Source of the DNA: Eledone cirrhosa
Lineage: Eukaryota
Direction: 5' to 3'
Length of the DNA: 64,000 nt
Assembly: GCA_964016885.1 (NCBI GenBank)
Contig: OZ024746.1
Span: 57,784,001-57,848,000 of the forward strand
A program made the translations under genes and the position numbers. The notes beneath the pieces were generated by a model, which worked only from the letters and a program-made list of their open reading frames with translations, was not told the DNA's origin and did no database searches. Below are positions 12,951 to 30,133 of the stretch, piece by piece (the stretch's first letter is position 1; each line of letters starts with the position of its first letter).

Positions 12951-13820
12951 ATTTCAAAATTGTGATTGTAGTGTCTCCAGTAATTGAGTGGAACATTAGT
13001 GTTCCAACTCCGAAGGATAAATGTGATACTGGTAGAGTTGGATCTCAGAATCTAAAACGCCGAAACGAAAGCCGCAAAGAAATTACTCCGACATTTTGTG
13101 GATCCTACCTATCCAGCACATTTATGATAGTAGTAATAATAGTAGTATTAATAGTAAACCTGGATAATTAAACTGCACTTGAAAAAGCGAACTATTTAAT
13201 ATGCTGTTAGGTCTAATCTTCAATCAGAGCTGGCGAAAAGATGTGATGGTGTTCTGAGGTTATTTGCATCAGTTAATAGAAAAATAGATAATAAAATACA
13301 CGCGATTTTCTAGGGAATTTGATAAGGATGCTACTGTTGATGTTGGTAAAGATGTTGCTAAAGGATTCAGCGTGTAAAAGGATAAGAGGAATTGAAAGAT
13401 TTAACAAGAAAATCCTCTACCAATGGGGAAAAATATTCCTTCTTTTCATTGCTAATGTATTTGAGTTCTGACCAAAGCTTTTATGAACTAGAAACCAAAC
13501 ATAAACTGGTAGCGCCATTTTCTCCGATATTGAAGGCGTTGATTGCAATAAGTGACATATCATCTCTGTTTTTTTTTTTCATTCTTAAGCATACTTTCTT
13601 AAAATTTCAGTATTATTGAATGGTGTTTATTTTTTACATCTATGCTAAAAGTTGCTGGCACGTGTGTGTGGGTGATACATTTTTTTAAATCTCTAAATGT
13701 GTAGGTTTACTTCAGTGAAATCTGACATATATGCACATTTTCACATATATACATGCGCCTTATCACACATAAACACACATATATATAAATGTAAGTGTAA
13801 GTGTCTATATATGCTATACA

Positions 13821-13913
<93 letters not shown>

Positions 13914-13984
13914 GTATGAATATATATATGTATATATATGTATATATATATATATATATATATGTATACATATATATATATATG

Positions 13985-14057
<73 letters not shown>

Positions 14058-14088
14058 GTATATATATATATGTAAATACATGTACATA

Positions 14089-14154
<66 letters not shown>

Positions 14155-15031
14155 AATGTATATATATATATATATATATATAAATGTATATATATATATG
14201 TAAATACATGTATATATATATATATATATAAATGTATATATATATATGTAAATACATGTATATATATATATATGTAAATACATGTATATAAATATATATA
14301 AATATATATATGTAAGTATGTGTATATACGCATACAAACATATATTCACTACATGTTTCCCTTAATAGGTGTTTGATACTCAAAAATAGAAGCAAAAGTG
14401 TCAATGTTAGGTTGTTTGTGTATGAGTGGTGTGAGGGAAGAACGCGTGCAAGGGAAGAAGTTGCATTATCGGTGCTGCTGCTGCTGCTGTTAATGTTGAT
14501 GTGGATGCAGGTGTTGGTGGTGTGGAAAATATTTCGTTTCTTTTTTATTTTCCAGAAACGTAAATGCTACATCGATATCAATCTCGTTTTGGCCGCTGCC
14601 GCACAAATTGCGATGAGAAATTGAAAAGGAAAAGCGCTCAGTTTTTCGAGAAATGCCGTATATCCGTTGTAAAATACGGGAATAATTTATTGATGGCATA
14701 AAACTGCAGGATTGATAAAGAAAAACCCGCCATACCGTACCAGGAAAATAAAACAATAATAACACTATTGAAATGAGTAGTAAATAAATAAATAAATAAA
14801 TGAATAAATAAATAAATAAATAGCACCCATTATTTCTTAATTCAGCGCAAATAACAAGAAAATGTATACAAGTAAGTGTAGGAAGAAAAAAAACGTTGGA
14901 AATATATATTAAGCTGTGACTGCATCGATTTCATTCTCACACCAGTTTGAGTGGAATTAAATCCACTTTCATCCTACATTCATGTTTCCGATTCACAACA
15001 GCTGCCCGCTTAGAAGAATTAATGCATGTCA

Positions 15032-15070
<39 letters not shown>

Positions 15071-15075
15071 ATATG

Positions 15076-15158
<83 letters not shown>

Positions 15159-15231
15159 ATATATATATGTATATATGTGTGTGTGTATATATATGTGTAT
15201 ATATATATGTATATATATATATATATGTGTG

Positions 15232-15309
<78 letters not shown>

Positions 15310-15428
15310 CACACATATATATATATATACATATATATATACACATATATATACACACACACATATATATATATATGTATATATATATATATGTGTGTAT
15401 ATATATATATGTATATATATATATATAA

Positions 15429-15478
<50 letters not shown>

Positions 15479-15548
15479 GTGTATATATATATATATATGT
15501 ATATACATATATATGTATATATATATATGTATATATATATATATGTTT

Positions 15549-15583
<35 letters not shown>

Positions 15584-15630
15584 CATATATATAATATATA
15601 GATAGATAGATATGCATATATATATATATA

Positions 15631-15723
<93 letters not shown>

Positions 15724-15896
15724 TTCAAGAATTAATATCTAGTAACATATATATACATACAGATGCATATCAATGCTAGCAAATATATAGGTTTTGTCTT
15801 AGTAACTTTGTGGTTCAATGCATGGGGTTGCAGAACAATAATATGAGAGACGTAAAATAAGAAAATTATAAAATTAACTTACTTACTAAAATATCA

Positions 15897-15976
15897 CTTC
15901 CAACTAATAAGTTTCTGGAATGGAGTAAATATATTTTTCGAAGAAGACATTGATAAACATTCCGTCGTCAGGGAAG
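15897..15976 (-). ncRNA. Hammerhead ribozyme, extended stem II
   Basis: cttcc-CTGACGA-c-ggaatg...cattcc-a-GAAAC-ttatta-GTT-ggaag. Confidence 0.85.
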
Positions 15977-16421
15977 ACTATTCTCATCTAAGTATCCAGG
16001 CAAAGCGTGGACTCTGGAAACTTATTTTAAAATATTTCAGTGGATAGGAAATAGCAAAGCGTGGACTGAATTCCTAGCCATTTAGAAAATCACTGCCTCT
16101 GCGTCCGTGGCAAATTCAAAAAGAATCAATCACGTGACATCGAGTTCAATTAGTGGAAAGTGGTTTGCTATTGTCGAGCAATATTGGCCATGACTGCTGC
16201 TATGGTAGCAGGCAGGCCGCTGTCTTATTAGCAAACCACTTTCCACTGATTGACCTCGATGTCACGTGATTGATTCTTTTTGAATTTGCCACAGACACAG
16301 AGGCAGTGATTTTCTCAATGGCTAGGAATTCAGTCCACGCTTTGCTATTTCCTATCCACTGAATTATTTTTTTATAAGTTTCCAGAGTCCACGCTTTGCT
16401 TGGATACTTAGATGAGAATAG

Positions 16422-16503
16422 ACTTCCCTGACGACGGTATGTTTCTCCATGTCTTCTTCGGAAAATATATTTACTCCATTCCAGAAACTAATTAGTTGGA
16501 AGT
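16422..16503 (+). ncRNA. Hammerhead ribozyme, extended stem II
   Basis: acttcc-CTGACGA-c-ggtatg...cattcc-a-GAAAC-taatta-GTT-ggaagt. Confidence 0.85.
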
Positions 16504-16554
16504 GATATTTTAGTAAGTAAGTTAATTTTATAATTTTCTTATTTTACGTCTCTC

Positions 16555-19475
<2,921 letters not shown>

Positions 19476-21042
19476 ATGTATGTATGGTGTCTGTATCCAT
19501 GTATATATGAAAGAATGCTGACGAACTCAATGCATTAAGTAGGATTTATAATTGCATGCCAGAATATGAAGAAATAGTGGGTTGACATCATCGAGGGTGA
19601 TGTCTCGGCTGTCGTCAGATTAATTGCCCCTTAACCGTTCTCCGGTTGAAACACCCCGAGCCACCTGAAGACCTTAGACACATACACCTACGTAACACTC
19701 AACCATTACATGTGGAGTCAGAGCAGGCCATAATATCTGGTCTGAGGTCGTTCTCTGCCACAAGCAGCAAGGATGACCATACAATTGAGCCCCACGAGGT
19801 GGAGTGGCTATTGCAGCCCCTCTTTCTCTCGTTCCTCTGGGGCAATGACTTTTCTTTCCCGTTGGCCGGGATCACGGTTATGTTGGTAATACTTCGTTTT
19901 TAAATAATGCAAAAATCATCGCACAGCATGATCCTGTTCTTAAGTTGTAGTGACTGTGAGATTTTTACATCGCTCTAAGGAAGTATTCCCACATGATAAA
20001 ATTATCTTTAAATGTATTCATAATTATCAGTAGAGTTAACGCATATTTAAATGCCTTCTAAACATGCATAAGAATATTTGAGGTTATTCTCACAAATAAT
20101 TTGGTTAACCATATGCTGTTGAAATCATGCAATACCACAGTAATTGTAGGCTGAATTTGATAACGTCGAAATATGTTGCAACGCTGAAGAGCCGTGTATT
20201 TTAACAGCAAAAACACATTGTCAATTAATAACTGTTTCTACTTTAGGCAAAAGGCCAGCAATTACCCAGTGTAACATTAATAAAACATCCACCTTGGTAT
20301 ATAACATGGACTAAATCCTCATTTGAAACGCCTTAATGATAGTATAAATGCTGGCAGTGTTTGCAGTATTAGTGTCAAAACGTTTACAGAGCGTAATATA
20401 ATGTTTGATTAGATAGCAAATCTCTTGTCCAAGGAATTTCATAACAGTTCACAAAATACATTCGAATTAGTATGGTATGCCAGCTAATCCCAGTGAAATA
20501 ACTGAATGTGGTAACATATTGGATCGTCAATGTAATGGGATTCGTGAAGCCTTCATGTACTTCAGATTAATTAAACTTAAATGCAAATGAAGAAGGGTGA
20601 TACATTAATTTCTGATCAGGTATTCTATCTAAGGATATAATGCACTTAACCATCAATGACGAGTGTCTGTAGAACTGTTCAGCATATCGAACAACCACTT
20701 CAAATTTACAAATAATTTGCAAACTACTTAATAGTGATGTTATCAAAATTTTGCCACACAATGTTTTACTGTCTAAACCAACTCTCCTTGCAATATCATC
20801 TTAGATAAACCCATCAGTACTCCCAGTGACTATTAAGCATTAATTGAGCGATTGAAAAGGGAAAATATCACCAATGCATGATATAAAATATGTCTTCTTC
20901 GAGGTGAAGTAATTAATGCGTTGCTTATGGATTTATTGCCTTATTTTCCCATCTCCGAAGCATGACTTTTATTCTCACATTTCAAACATATGGCAACTTG
21001 ATGGACAAACACCGAGAGCAAGATTTACATTTCCACCAAAAG

Positions 21043-21190
21043 TAATAATTGTTTCCACTTTTGGCACAAAGCCAGCAATTGACAGTAGATTACTGGTACT
21101 TTATTTTATCGACCCCGTAAGGATGAATGGTAAAGTTAACCTCGGCCGGATTTGAACTCAGATCATAATAGGGCGTAACTCTTTGCGGCA
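21043..21190 (-). mobile_element. tRNA-derived SINE (Octopus-type), partial
   Basis: Reverse complement of gagttcaaatcc.gccgaggttaacttt.cc.ttcatccttacggggtcgataaaataaagtaccagt. Confidence 0.85.
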
Positions 21191-21678
21191 AAGTTACCAA
21201 AAGTAATAATGTGAAGAAGCTCGTCTTCTACGTTTCAATTTGTTGTCCTCTTATGTAACAGTCGTAACGTTCTAAGTTTTGTAATGTTCTAAGGACTACC
21301 ATTGTTTTAAATATGTAAACGTTTCTGACGTAAGATATTTTTATTTGCAAAATCAATTGGACTTATAATACTTATGCATACTATTTCCGATACCCTAAAT
21401 ATTGTTTCACAATATAACATTTTCTTTGTATAGAGAATACTAACAGTACTTCCCTGGTGACACCAAAATACGTAAAGGCAACCTCATATGATTATTAGAA
21501 TTTTCAGTAGGAATACATGAAGATTTAATCACTTCATTCTTTTGGAAAATAATCAACATTAAAATCTATTCCTTACCACCAGAGATGTCTACATCAATGG
21601 ACCTGTTATTTTTATCCAAATAAATTTTTTCTAATTGCATCCCGCCCGTCCCCTCAATCTATCTTATTTCTCATTCTT

Positions 21679-21714
21679 TCTTCTGATGAAGGACTAGCGT
21701 CCGGAAAGTTAGAA
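21679..21714 (+). ncRNA. Minimal hammerhead, slightly degenerate
   Basis: tctt-CTGATGA-a-ggac(tagc)gtcc-GGAAAGTT-agaa; pLTR 21637-21798 is homologous to 29843-30007. Confidence 0.65.
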
Positions 21715-21858
21715 CCCACTCCTGCTATATCAAGCGTTAACCTAATATATCCCATCCATATACTGTACCGATTCAGTTGTTATTTCTGTTTACCTTTTAC
21801 ACACACACACTCACGCACACACACACACACATACACACACATACACACAAACACACAT

Positions 21859-21937
<79 letters not shown>

Positions 21938-22193
21938 ATGGTTGTAAATAATGCGTCAGTAGGCCGTATACCATTTGCGCACTCGATGCTCGTGCAGAGC
22001 AGAGTATATTATTATAGTTAATGCATCAAAACACGATTTATTAACATATTACATATGTTTCTCCGACGATCAACTCGAACCTAACTCTGCAGGTTTGATC
22101 TGTAATAGATGCTGCCTTGAGCTGATCGTAGGAGAAACATATGCAATATGTTAAAAAATTGTGTTTTGATGCATTACTGATTCCTCGTTATCC

Positions 22194-22266
<73 letters not shown>

Positions 22267-22270
<4 letters not shown>

Positions 22271-22960
22271 ATTGTAATTGCCACCTTCCAGAGACTTGTC
22301 CATTGAATAACGAATGTTTTCATTCAAACCTAGTGTACAGGTGCTCGGTTGAGTCGGACAACCAAACCTGGCACTACATAGTCAGCACTGCAAACACCTT
22401 CAACATTCGTTGGTACACGTATCGTTACGCAATAAACCACCCCAATACCGTTACGTAACGACCCTCGCCGACAAACAAAATTTGGCACTTAAAAGGGAGT
22501 AACCGACAATACAACCTTAAATGGACCAAACTCTCACATGCTCCTCCATACCGGAGTGGGATGAAAACGTGCCCGTTGTGTAATAATGAGCTCTTCCAGA
22601 TCCTAAGCTCAGGCCACCAACTACTCAACAACAAAATTGAAAGGTCAATCTTTTGCCAGCATAAACTGAAAGCGAAATTCTCACACTTCAAACCTTCCTA
22701 GATCTTAACACTACTTGTCTACCCTAAATAACAATTCTACACTCCTAAAAATAGACTATATATGAAATTTAATACTTTCTTCCTTCATCTATCCTCTGGT
22801 AAAACTTTTGCCTGTCCACTACCAACTGCCACTTAAAATTCTATCTTCCTTATCTCTCCCTCATCACAGCTTTTAGCAGATTCCCTACCACCTGTTGAGT
22901 CACCTTAACGTACGTTGATAACTTTCCTCACAACGTGTTCTACCAAGCTTTGGAATATTC
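22267..22960 (+). mobile_element. Hydra-like PLE 3' fragment (linker, GIY-YIG, 3' region)
   Basis: RNCNCHLPETCPLNNEC, LVYRC...HYIVST, APPYRSGMKTCPLC...FCQH; begins directly at a TA tract. Confidence 0.9.
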
Positions 22961-22968
22961 CTAATTAC

Positions 22969-23005
<37 letters not shown>

Positions 23006-23617
23006 TAGAAAGTGAGGTTCTTTTACAAAATAAAAAAAAAAACGAGGTGCCCTACAAAAGTAGAATTGAGATGAAGGGCTTGTGGTTTTGAAGGGCTTGA
23101 AAAAAAGACTCCAGTTGCATTTGTGATAACATCTTTTTTCCTTATATATATATATATGTTGCCTGCAACTCCACATCGAATACTACCATCACTTAATACT
23201 TGAGCATGAGCATCACAGACGTGGTTCTTTAGATATGCTATGGACTTCGCTATGGCTAGCAATGTCGTGAATCTAAAAAAAGGTCAGAATCAAGTGAGGG
23301 CTGTTCTTGAAGCTTTTTGCAAGTCAGGAATGGCTTTGTACGGGAGCAATCCCACTCTCTGCATTTACCCAAAACATCGAACTTGTCTACATCATTGGAT
23401 GCAACGAAGTCTAAGGTTTTGTAGCCAAGTTACCTCGTAGTGAGATGTATTAATGAAGACTAGAAGACTCTCGCTCCCGAAACAAATACTATATTCGATT
23501 GTCGTGGATTCTCTTAAGTTCCTCGGCCCTTTGACGGTTTGTTGGTGAGATTGCTGGTGTAGTCGCTGAGGATGAGGACCCGAAAACGCACAGTTGTGCT
23601 GGAGGGTGGTTTTATGT

Positions 23618-23702
<85 letters not shown>

Positions 23703-23861
23703 TAGAAACAAGGGATTTGTAGTTGGTGGATGAGGTTTACTTATAAATAAGAAGAAAATAAGGAGGGAACGTTTTCCATCATCAGTTGTCTGCTGGGGAT
23801 CATGGATATTTCTAAGCATTAAAGACACACACGCACGCACATACGCACACACACACACACA

Positions 23862-23897
<36 letters not shown>

Positions 23898-23968
23898 AAT
23901 ACAAAACGCCAGTTGATAGCGTGCGTTTTCCAGTCACCTCTCTATCTCTCTCTCTCTCTCTCGCTCTT

Positions 23969-24084
<116 letters not shown>

Positions 24085-24422
24085 GACGAGCGTGCATGTG
24101 TGCATGTGTGTTCTTTGTGACTATTTATCGTTTAATATGATATCTGTATGTCAATGCATCTTATTCTGTTGATTTATGCATTTCTTGCTCTTCGGTTGTC
24201 ATTATATCTTCCATATTATATACTGCAGAACGGTGTGTAATCTCATCCAGGCATCATATACGCCAACCTATGTCATTCAGCATCGTAAATATGAATACAT
24301 GAATATATTCTGAGAATCACTGCATTACTTGGCATAATTTACATCCATTTTACTGTGGGAAACGTACTACGTGGTACTTTAATTGCTGAATTTTTGGTGA
24401 TAGATACATAGACACACCCCCC

Positions 24423-24470
<48 letters not shown>

Positions 24471-24528
24471 TAAATAGATAGATATTTATATATTTGTAAA
24501 ACAAAATGTATATACATGTGTGTATATA

Positions 24529-24576
<48 letters not shown>

Positions 24577-24584
24577 TAGGAAAA

Positions 24585-24783
24585 TGTATGACCCCGACGG
24601 CAGAGCTCAATCCGTTTCCACGGCTATATTTGGACTCAGAAATAGCCGTCGAAACGGCATGAGCTCTCCCGTCGTGTTTAAACATAAACATGTTTCTATT
24701 ACCCACTCCACTCCACTACCCTAAATATTGAGTACTCTGGTGCGTTATGGTCTATCTGATTCCTTACCACACATCCTTCGTTA
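24585..24783 (+). mobile_element. Short pLTR-end family; also at 28945-29157(-), 36550-36700(-), 41362-41547(-), 60563-60707(+)
   Basis: Shared attacccactctactaccctaagtattgagtactttggtgcgttatggtcc block; ends at a TA tract in most copies; most copies have an internal inversion. Confidence 0.8.
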
Positions 24784-26566
24784 AATATATATATATTATA
24801 TATAGTGTTATAAACTAAAATAGTCTTTTACAATTAAATAGCTCAAAGAAAGGAATATTTCTGAGCCGTGTAATACATATAAATATATGATAGGGATAAA
24901 CACTGATACAAGTATACATGTGTTCGCATTGCAAATGAGCAAGTTAACTAGATTGAAAAATACTAATTGTCGCGAAACAAATTTGAAATTTAAAATTTAA
25001 AATTTAAAATTTGTCTAGGTATCACGGCTATTGCCAATATAGGCTTGTTTTTATTGATTTATTATTTTAAATCGAGACAGGCAAACCGTATTATTTGAAT
25101 TAGTATTTTTCAATCTAGCTAACTTGGTCATTTGCAATGCGAACACATGTATACTTGTATCAGTGTTTATCCCTATCATATATTCATTTGTATATATATA
25201 TATATATATATTTATATATAAATTTATATTGCCGTGCATCTGACGTGAATGCATATACAAAAATAATAAAATATGCATACCTATATATACATATCTGTAT
25301 GTCTGTCTATCCGACCGCGTATACAATGAATCATAATTTTGAGGAAGGTACAACACAAACGAGGGGAGTAGTTGGAGTAGAAATTGAATGGAAATAGTTC
25401 ACTGTGTCACTAATCGTATAAAGCAAATACATTGCATATGTAAGTATATGAAAATATGAAATATAGAATATAGGATATGAACTATAATTAGGGTACATTC
25501 ACAATTTCTAGTTATTCAGAAGATGGTGGGACAAAATTATGGTCGCTTTATTGAATCACAAAACCAGTTAACTGTCCCTGAGTCAGACACGAGCTATAAT
25601 TTACAAAGGAAAGTTAATTGAAAGCTACATTTGACTCCTATGCTGGTTTGAATGCGTTCCCACATAATTGAATCTAGAAGATTTTCTGTATGATTTAACG
25701 ATATGAGCCTCAGACCTAGCGTAAAACACAACATTTTAATGGAAACTCGTACAGAAGTACACAAGCATAGCTTATTACGGTATTCGTACCAACTAGTTTA
25801 TGACAGTGCGTCCTACAGTCTCCATACATGAATACGTGTCAACAAAACCGGAAACTCTCTTCATTAAATATTGAGTTTTACAGATGTTTAATTTAAAACT
25901 TTTAAGTGGAATTTCAGTCTACCATAACAACAAATTAATATATCATATCAATATCACAATAAAAACTAAAATAAATTCAGAATAAAATTGTCTAAAGGAA
26001 ATGTGCAGCTTTGAATCATTCGCAATTGCAATAGATGGAAAAAGGCAATATTTCTCCTCGTGGAAAGAAGACGATACGTTTCGTGTTAAAATATTCGTAT
26101 ATGCCTTATGATATTCTGGATGAGCTCATTACAATTTGTTTCCAGCGACGTGCTTGAATACCCAACAAACACTTCTCAACTTTTGTATTCTCATCTACTA
26201 CATAAATATATATTGCCATGTGTTCATGCATCCATGGATTAGATGAGGACAAATATGATTCGTGTAGACATTACGATTGGAATTCCAATTATTTTGCTTT
26301 AGATCTATACATCTTCTTTCCTTTGGTACTTAACTCCAGGCTGTATTGTAGTAGCATAGATTTAAACGCAGACAATACCCTCCGGTAACTGCCATGTTTT
26401 ACATCTCATCGACACTATGAATGTTAAAGATCATCTTGGCGGAGTATGAAATCAAATTGCACAGAACCAGTATAAACAACGTGAAATAATGTAATCACCA
26501 TGTTAATGATTCTGCCAAATCACCATGTTCATGTTATTATTCTGCCATGCTTTGCATTATAAAGTT

Positions 26567-26931
26567 ACGGTCCTTTATGGTCTGAGTTCAAATCCCCTGC
26601 CGTTCATCATTATAAAGCACCAGTATCGCACTGTGGTCGATTTAATCGACTTTCCCCTCCCCCCAAAATTGATTGTACCTATATTAGAAATCATTATTCT
26701 GCTATGTCACAGGGCGGTAGATTGGCAGTATCGATAGAGCGTCGGAAAATATGCTTTATGGCATACGGTTACACCCATTTACGATATAAGTTCAAATCCC
26801 GCCGAGGGTAGGTTTGCATTTCGTCCTTACGGGGTCGATAAAATAAAGCACCAGTAATGAATTGGGGTCGATTTAATTGACATTCCCCTCCCCCAAATTG
26901 CTGGCCTTGTGCCTATAGTAGAAACAATTAT
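26567..26931 (+). mobile_element. Two adjacent SINE copies (partial 26567-26700; full 26711-26931)
   Basis: A-box-like ttggcagtatcgatag, B-box gttcaaatcc, central tcgtccttacggggtcgataaaataaag block, attatt tail. Confidence 0.9.
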
Positions 26932-27567
26932 TGTGCTGCGTCATGATTATTTCCTATGTCATCATTTCTCCGTTTTATTTCTCCATATTATGAGAAACTG
27001 GTAAGGAGTAGGGATCAAAACGTACGCGTGTGGCTGAAATCCATTTGGATTTGAAAGGTTCCTAGTTTTGTTGTGATGGTAGTTGTTGTGCTGGTTGTAA
27101 GTGTAATGATAGGTGTGGAGGTGATAGCATCAGCAGCAGCAGTGTCAGCATCGGTATTATAATCAGCAGAAGATGTAGTAGTAGTAGTAGTAGTCAGAAA
27201 CCCCAGATTAAAACCTAACACCGAAGTCAATCTATGCAAAAATAATGCAATCGATTACATAAATTACATTGATTATCCAGTTTAAAAATCGATACCTTTA
27301 GGTTGATAATATAAAGACACTGTTTTGAGAGATAGCCAGTAAGATACAAAAAAAAAAGTAAGAATACAAGTCCCAAATGAATGATAACTACTACACGTAG
27401 ACAACAACTGCTGTCACATAATAGAATATAACACTTAATTCTGTAGCAAAGTAATAGACCAAAGTATATAACAAGAGATTTACAAATACGTTGCTAGAAA
27501 AACTGAAGATACTAAACATATTAAAACTGTACAAACGCTATAACACAATATTATATGTATCAACTTT

Positions 27568-27760
27568 GGCGGTGGATTGGCAGTATCGGTAGAGGGTGGG
27601 ACGCCATGATTTGATGCATAGCGTTAGGGCTCTTGCCATTTTGAGTTCAAATCCCGCCGAGGTTAACTTTGCCTTTCATCCTTACGGGGTCGATAAAATA
27701 AAGTACCAGTAATAGAGTGGTTTATTGCTGGCCTTGTGCCAAAATTAGAAACAATTATTA
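27568..27760 (+). mobile_element. tRNA-derived SINE
   Basis: ggcggtggattggcagtatcggtagag...gagttcaaatcccgccgagg...agaaacaattatta. Confidence 0.92.
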
Positions 27761-28334
27761 CTTTTTGTGGGTACAGAATATGTAACAAATGAACAAATTA
27801 ATAAAAGAATTGGCCATTGCAAATCTTTTCATAGAATATCATTACTAAATATATCATGGTAGATCGAAGCCAGAACCCTATGATTGCATGACACAACTTG
27901 TGTCACTAACTTAAAAATATCCATGGAACCTCTTTAAGGATTCCTCCTTCTGGAGGACCAGCTATACATGCATAGGTCTGAGTTATACATTTCATTTACA
28001 TCAATTCTGATCAGCAAGGAGGGTTTATTTAACTAATAATTTATAAATGCGTTAGTTGTTTATAGTTACTTATATGTTAGAGTGCAATTGTATATAATAA
28101 GCGTCATAACGATGGAAATCATGTAGTAAAGGTAATATTATCCGGAACCTAGACACTTTAGTGTGTTGTGATCGTTAAACGTGAATTTTAGGTAGTTTTC
28201 AAAGCTGATAGTACATATAAAATATAGATATTTAAAAGGCTATATTTGAGCACATACAAAACAGTATTTTTGTGGTGTGTATTTGGCGGTGTAATTTAGT
28301 GTGATTATGCAAACGTATGTCATATATGCATAAG

Positions 28335-28520
28335 GGCGGCGAATTTGCAGAATCGTTAAAACGTCGGATAATAATGCATTATGTTTTTTTTCTTCTGGAT
28401 CTAAGTTCTCCGAATTGAAATAATGCCGAGTTTAACTTTGCCTTTCATCCTTTCGAGGTCGATAAAAAAGTACCAGTCATGTTCTGGAGTGGATTCTTCC
28501 TCTATATCCCCTTCTCATTT
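28335..28520 (+). mobile_element. tRNA-derived SINE, diverged
   Basis: ggcggcgaatttgcagaatcgttaa...tttgcctttcatcctttcgaggtcgataaaaaagtaccag. Confidence 0.8.
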
Positions 28521-28800
28521 CCTCTCTCTCACTTTATATATTTCTCTAGAAGAAATATGGTGTACTCACACACACACACACATATATATATGTATATATA
28601 TATATGGAGGCATCTGAGCAGACAAAACAGTACAACGAAGAAATATATTAGTTTAACGCTTATTATAACAGAACCATTTTCTTTAAGTTTCGGGCCTTGT
28701 TCATTCATCAAAATATAGAATGAGAAATAACAGAATAAATACAAAGTGGAAGGGATAGGAAAATAAACGTATAAATACATATAAACATATACATACATAT

Positions 28801-28948
<148 letters not shown>

Positions 28949-29153
28949 GTGTGATAAGATACCAGGGGGACCATATCACACCAGAGTACTCGATACTTAG
29001 GGTAGTAGGGTGGGTAATAGAAAGCACGCCTATAAATTGACTGTACCCCTTGATAAGTTCAACTAGATTCCCGCCATTCTAATACTGGTGGCTAAGTTCG
29101 GATCTAGCTCTCGAAACGTTCGGAGCTCAGCCATCGGGGTCCTGACACTTTTC

Positions 29154-29246
<93 letters not shown>

Positions 29247-29294
29247 TTAAAACAATGAAATTAAAAATATATATGTATATATATATATATATAA

Positions 29295-29341
<47 letters not shown>

Positions 29342-29790
29342 AAGGGCAAAGTAGCTCTTAAGAGTCAATGGCCATGCAAAATCACCGGGAGAGATGACCC
29401 CTTAGCCTTTGTAAAGGCAGAATTCTAGGAGAAGGAAAACTCTGATATAACACCTGCAACCCTGATGGTATCCAATGATGTTGACTTGTTCTTTTTGGTA
29501 AATATCATCTTGGTTAAGAGAGTGGGACTGGCTTTGTGCAGTGCCTTTGCTCACTATAAAAGCTTCACGGCACAGGCATTGCTTTATATCTGGAGATCTC
29601 TCTGCACTTGTCGTCACATGGTACCACTGGCCCAGCACTATGTGTCAATAATTGTCACAAGTGTAGTGTTTGTACGAGAGTTTTCAAGTCGCTGGCTGGA
29701 CTGAAAAGTCACACTCGTTCAGTGCATCGGTAGGGGTTCTCCTACATGGATATAAAGTAGTGGCCGTACTCGAAAACGAGTTGGCAGCCA

Positions 29791-29832
<42 letters not shown>

Positions 29833-29885
29833 TTATTCCAATTCCATCCCGCCAGTCCTCTTAATCTATTTTATTTCTCATTCTT

Positions 29886-29921
29886 TCTTCTGATGAAGGA
29901 CTAACGTCTGAAACGTTAAGA
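29886..29921 (+). ncRNA. Minimal type I hammerhead
   Basis: tctt-CTGATGA-a-ggac(taac)gtct-GAAAC-GTT-aaga; stem III reduced to the ACGT palindrome. Confidence 0.8.
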
Positions 29922-30002
29922 CCCGCTTCCTTCTATATCAAGCGTTAACCTAATCTATACCATCTCTATACTGTACCGATTGTGTTGTTATTTCTGTTTA
30001 CC

Positions 30003-30041
<39 letters not shown>

Positions 30042-30080
30042 CCCCCCCCCCACACACACACACCCCCACACCCCCCCCCC

Positions 30081-30133
<53 letters not shown>

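Larger units (their letters stand above)
15733..16556. mobile_element. Diverged sister subfamily of the 534-bp element, fold-back
   Basis: Aligns to the 10680-11130 region; 15843-16168 is inverted at 16230-16556. Confidence 0.88.

Noticed and set aside
19700-19860. GC-rich segment as an HDV-like ribozyme on minus (ccactccacctcgtgg)
   Set aside because: Could not assemble P1/P2/P4 of the nested pseudoknot by eye; probably a LINE UTR remnant.
20570-20640. LMYHPSSFAF resembling phlebovirus nucleocapsid MMHPSFA
   Set aside because: A single short motif with no supporting flanking similarity.
24630-24670. gtcgaaacggc(a/t/c) in the five-copy pLTR-end family as a hammerhead
   Set aside because: Only a GAAAC half; no U at 16.1 in most copies and no CUGANGA retained.
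27763-27800. FCGY reading as RdRp motif E
   Set aside because: Followed by stops; no GDD or other motifs nearby.
28676-28715. Highly degenerate HHR-like strings here and at 38548-38600, 40575-40630, 42912-42960, 55925-55980 and 59925-59975
   Set aside because: Multiple core or stem defects; may be relics but cannot be supported individually.
29370-29470. ctaggagaaggaaaactctga block resembling an RTE LINE 5' UTR
   Set aside because: Too short, with no adjoining ORF evidence.
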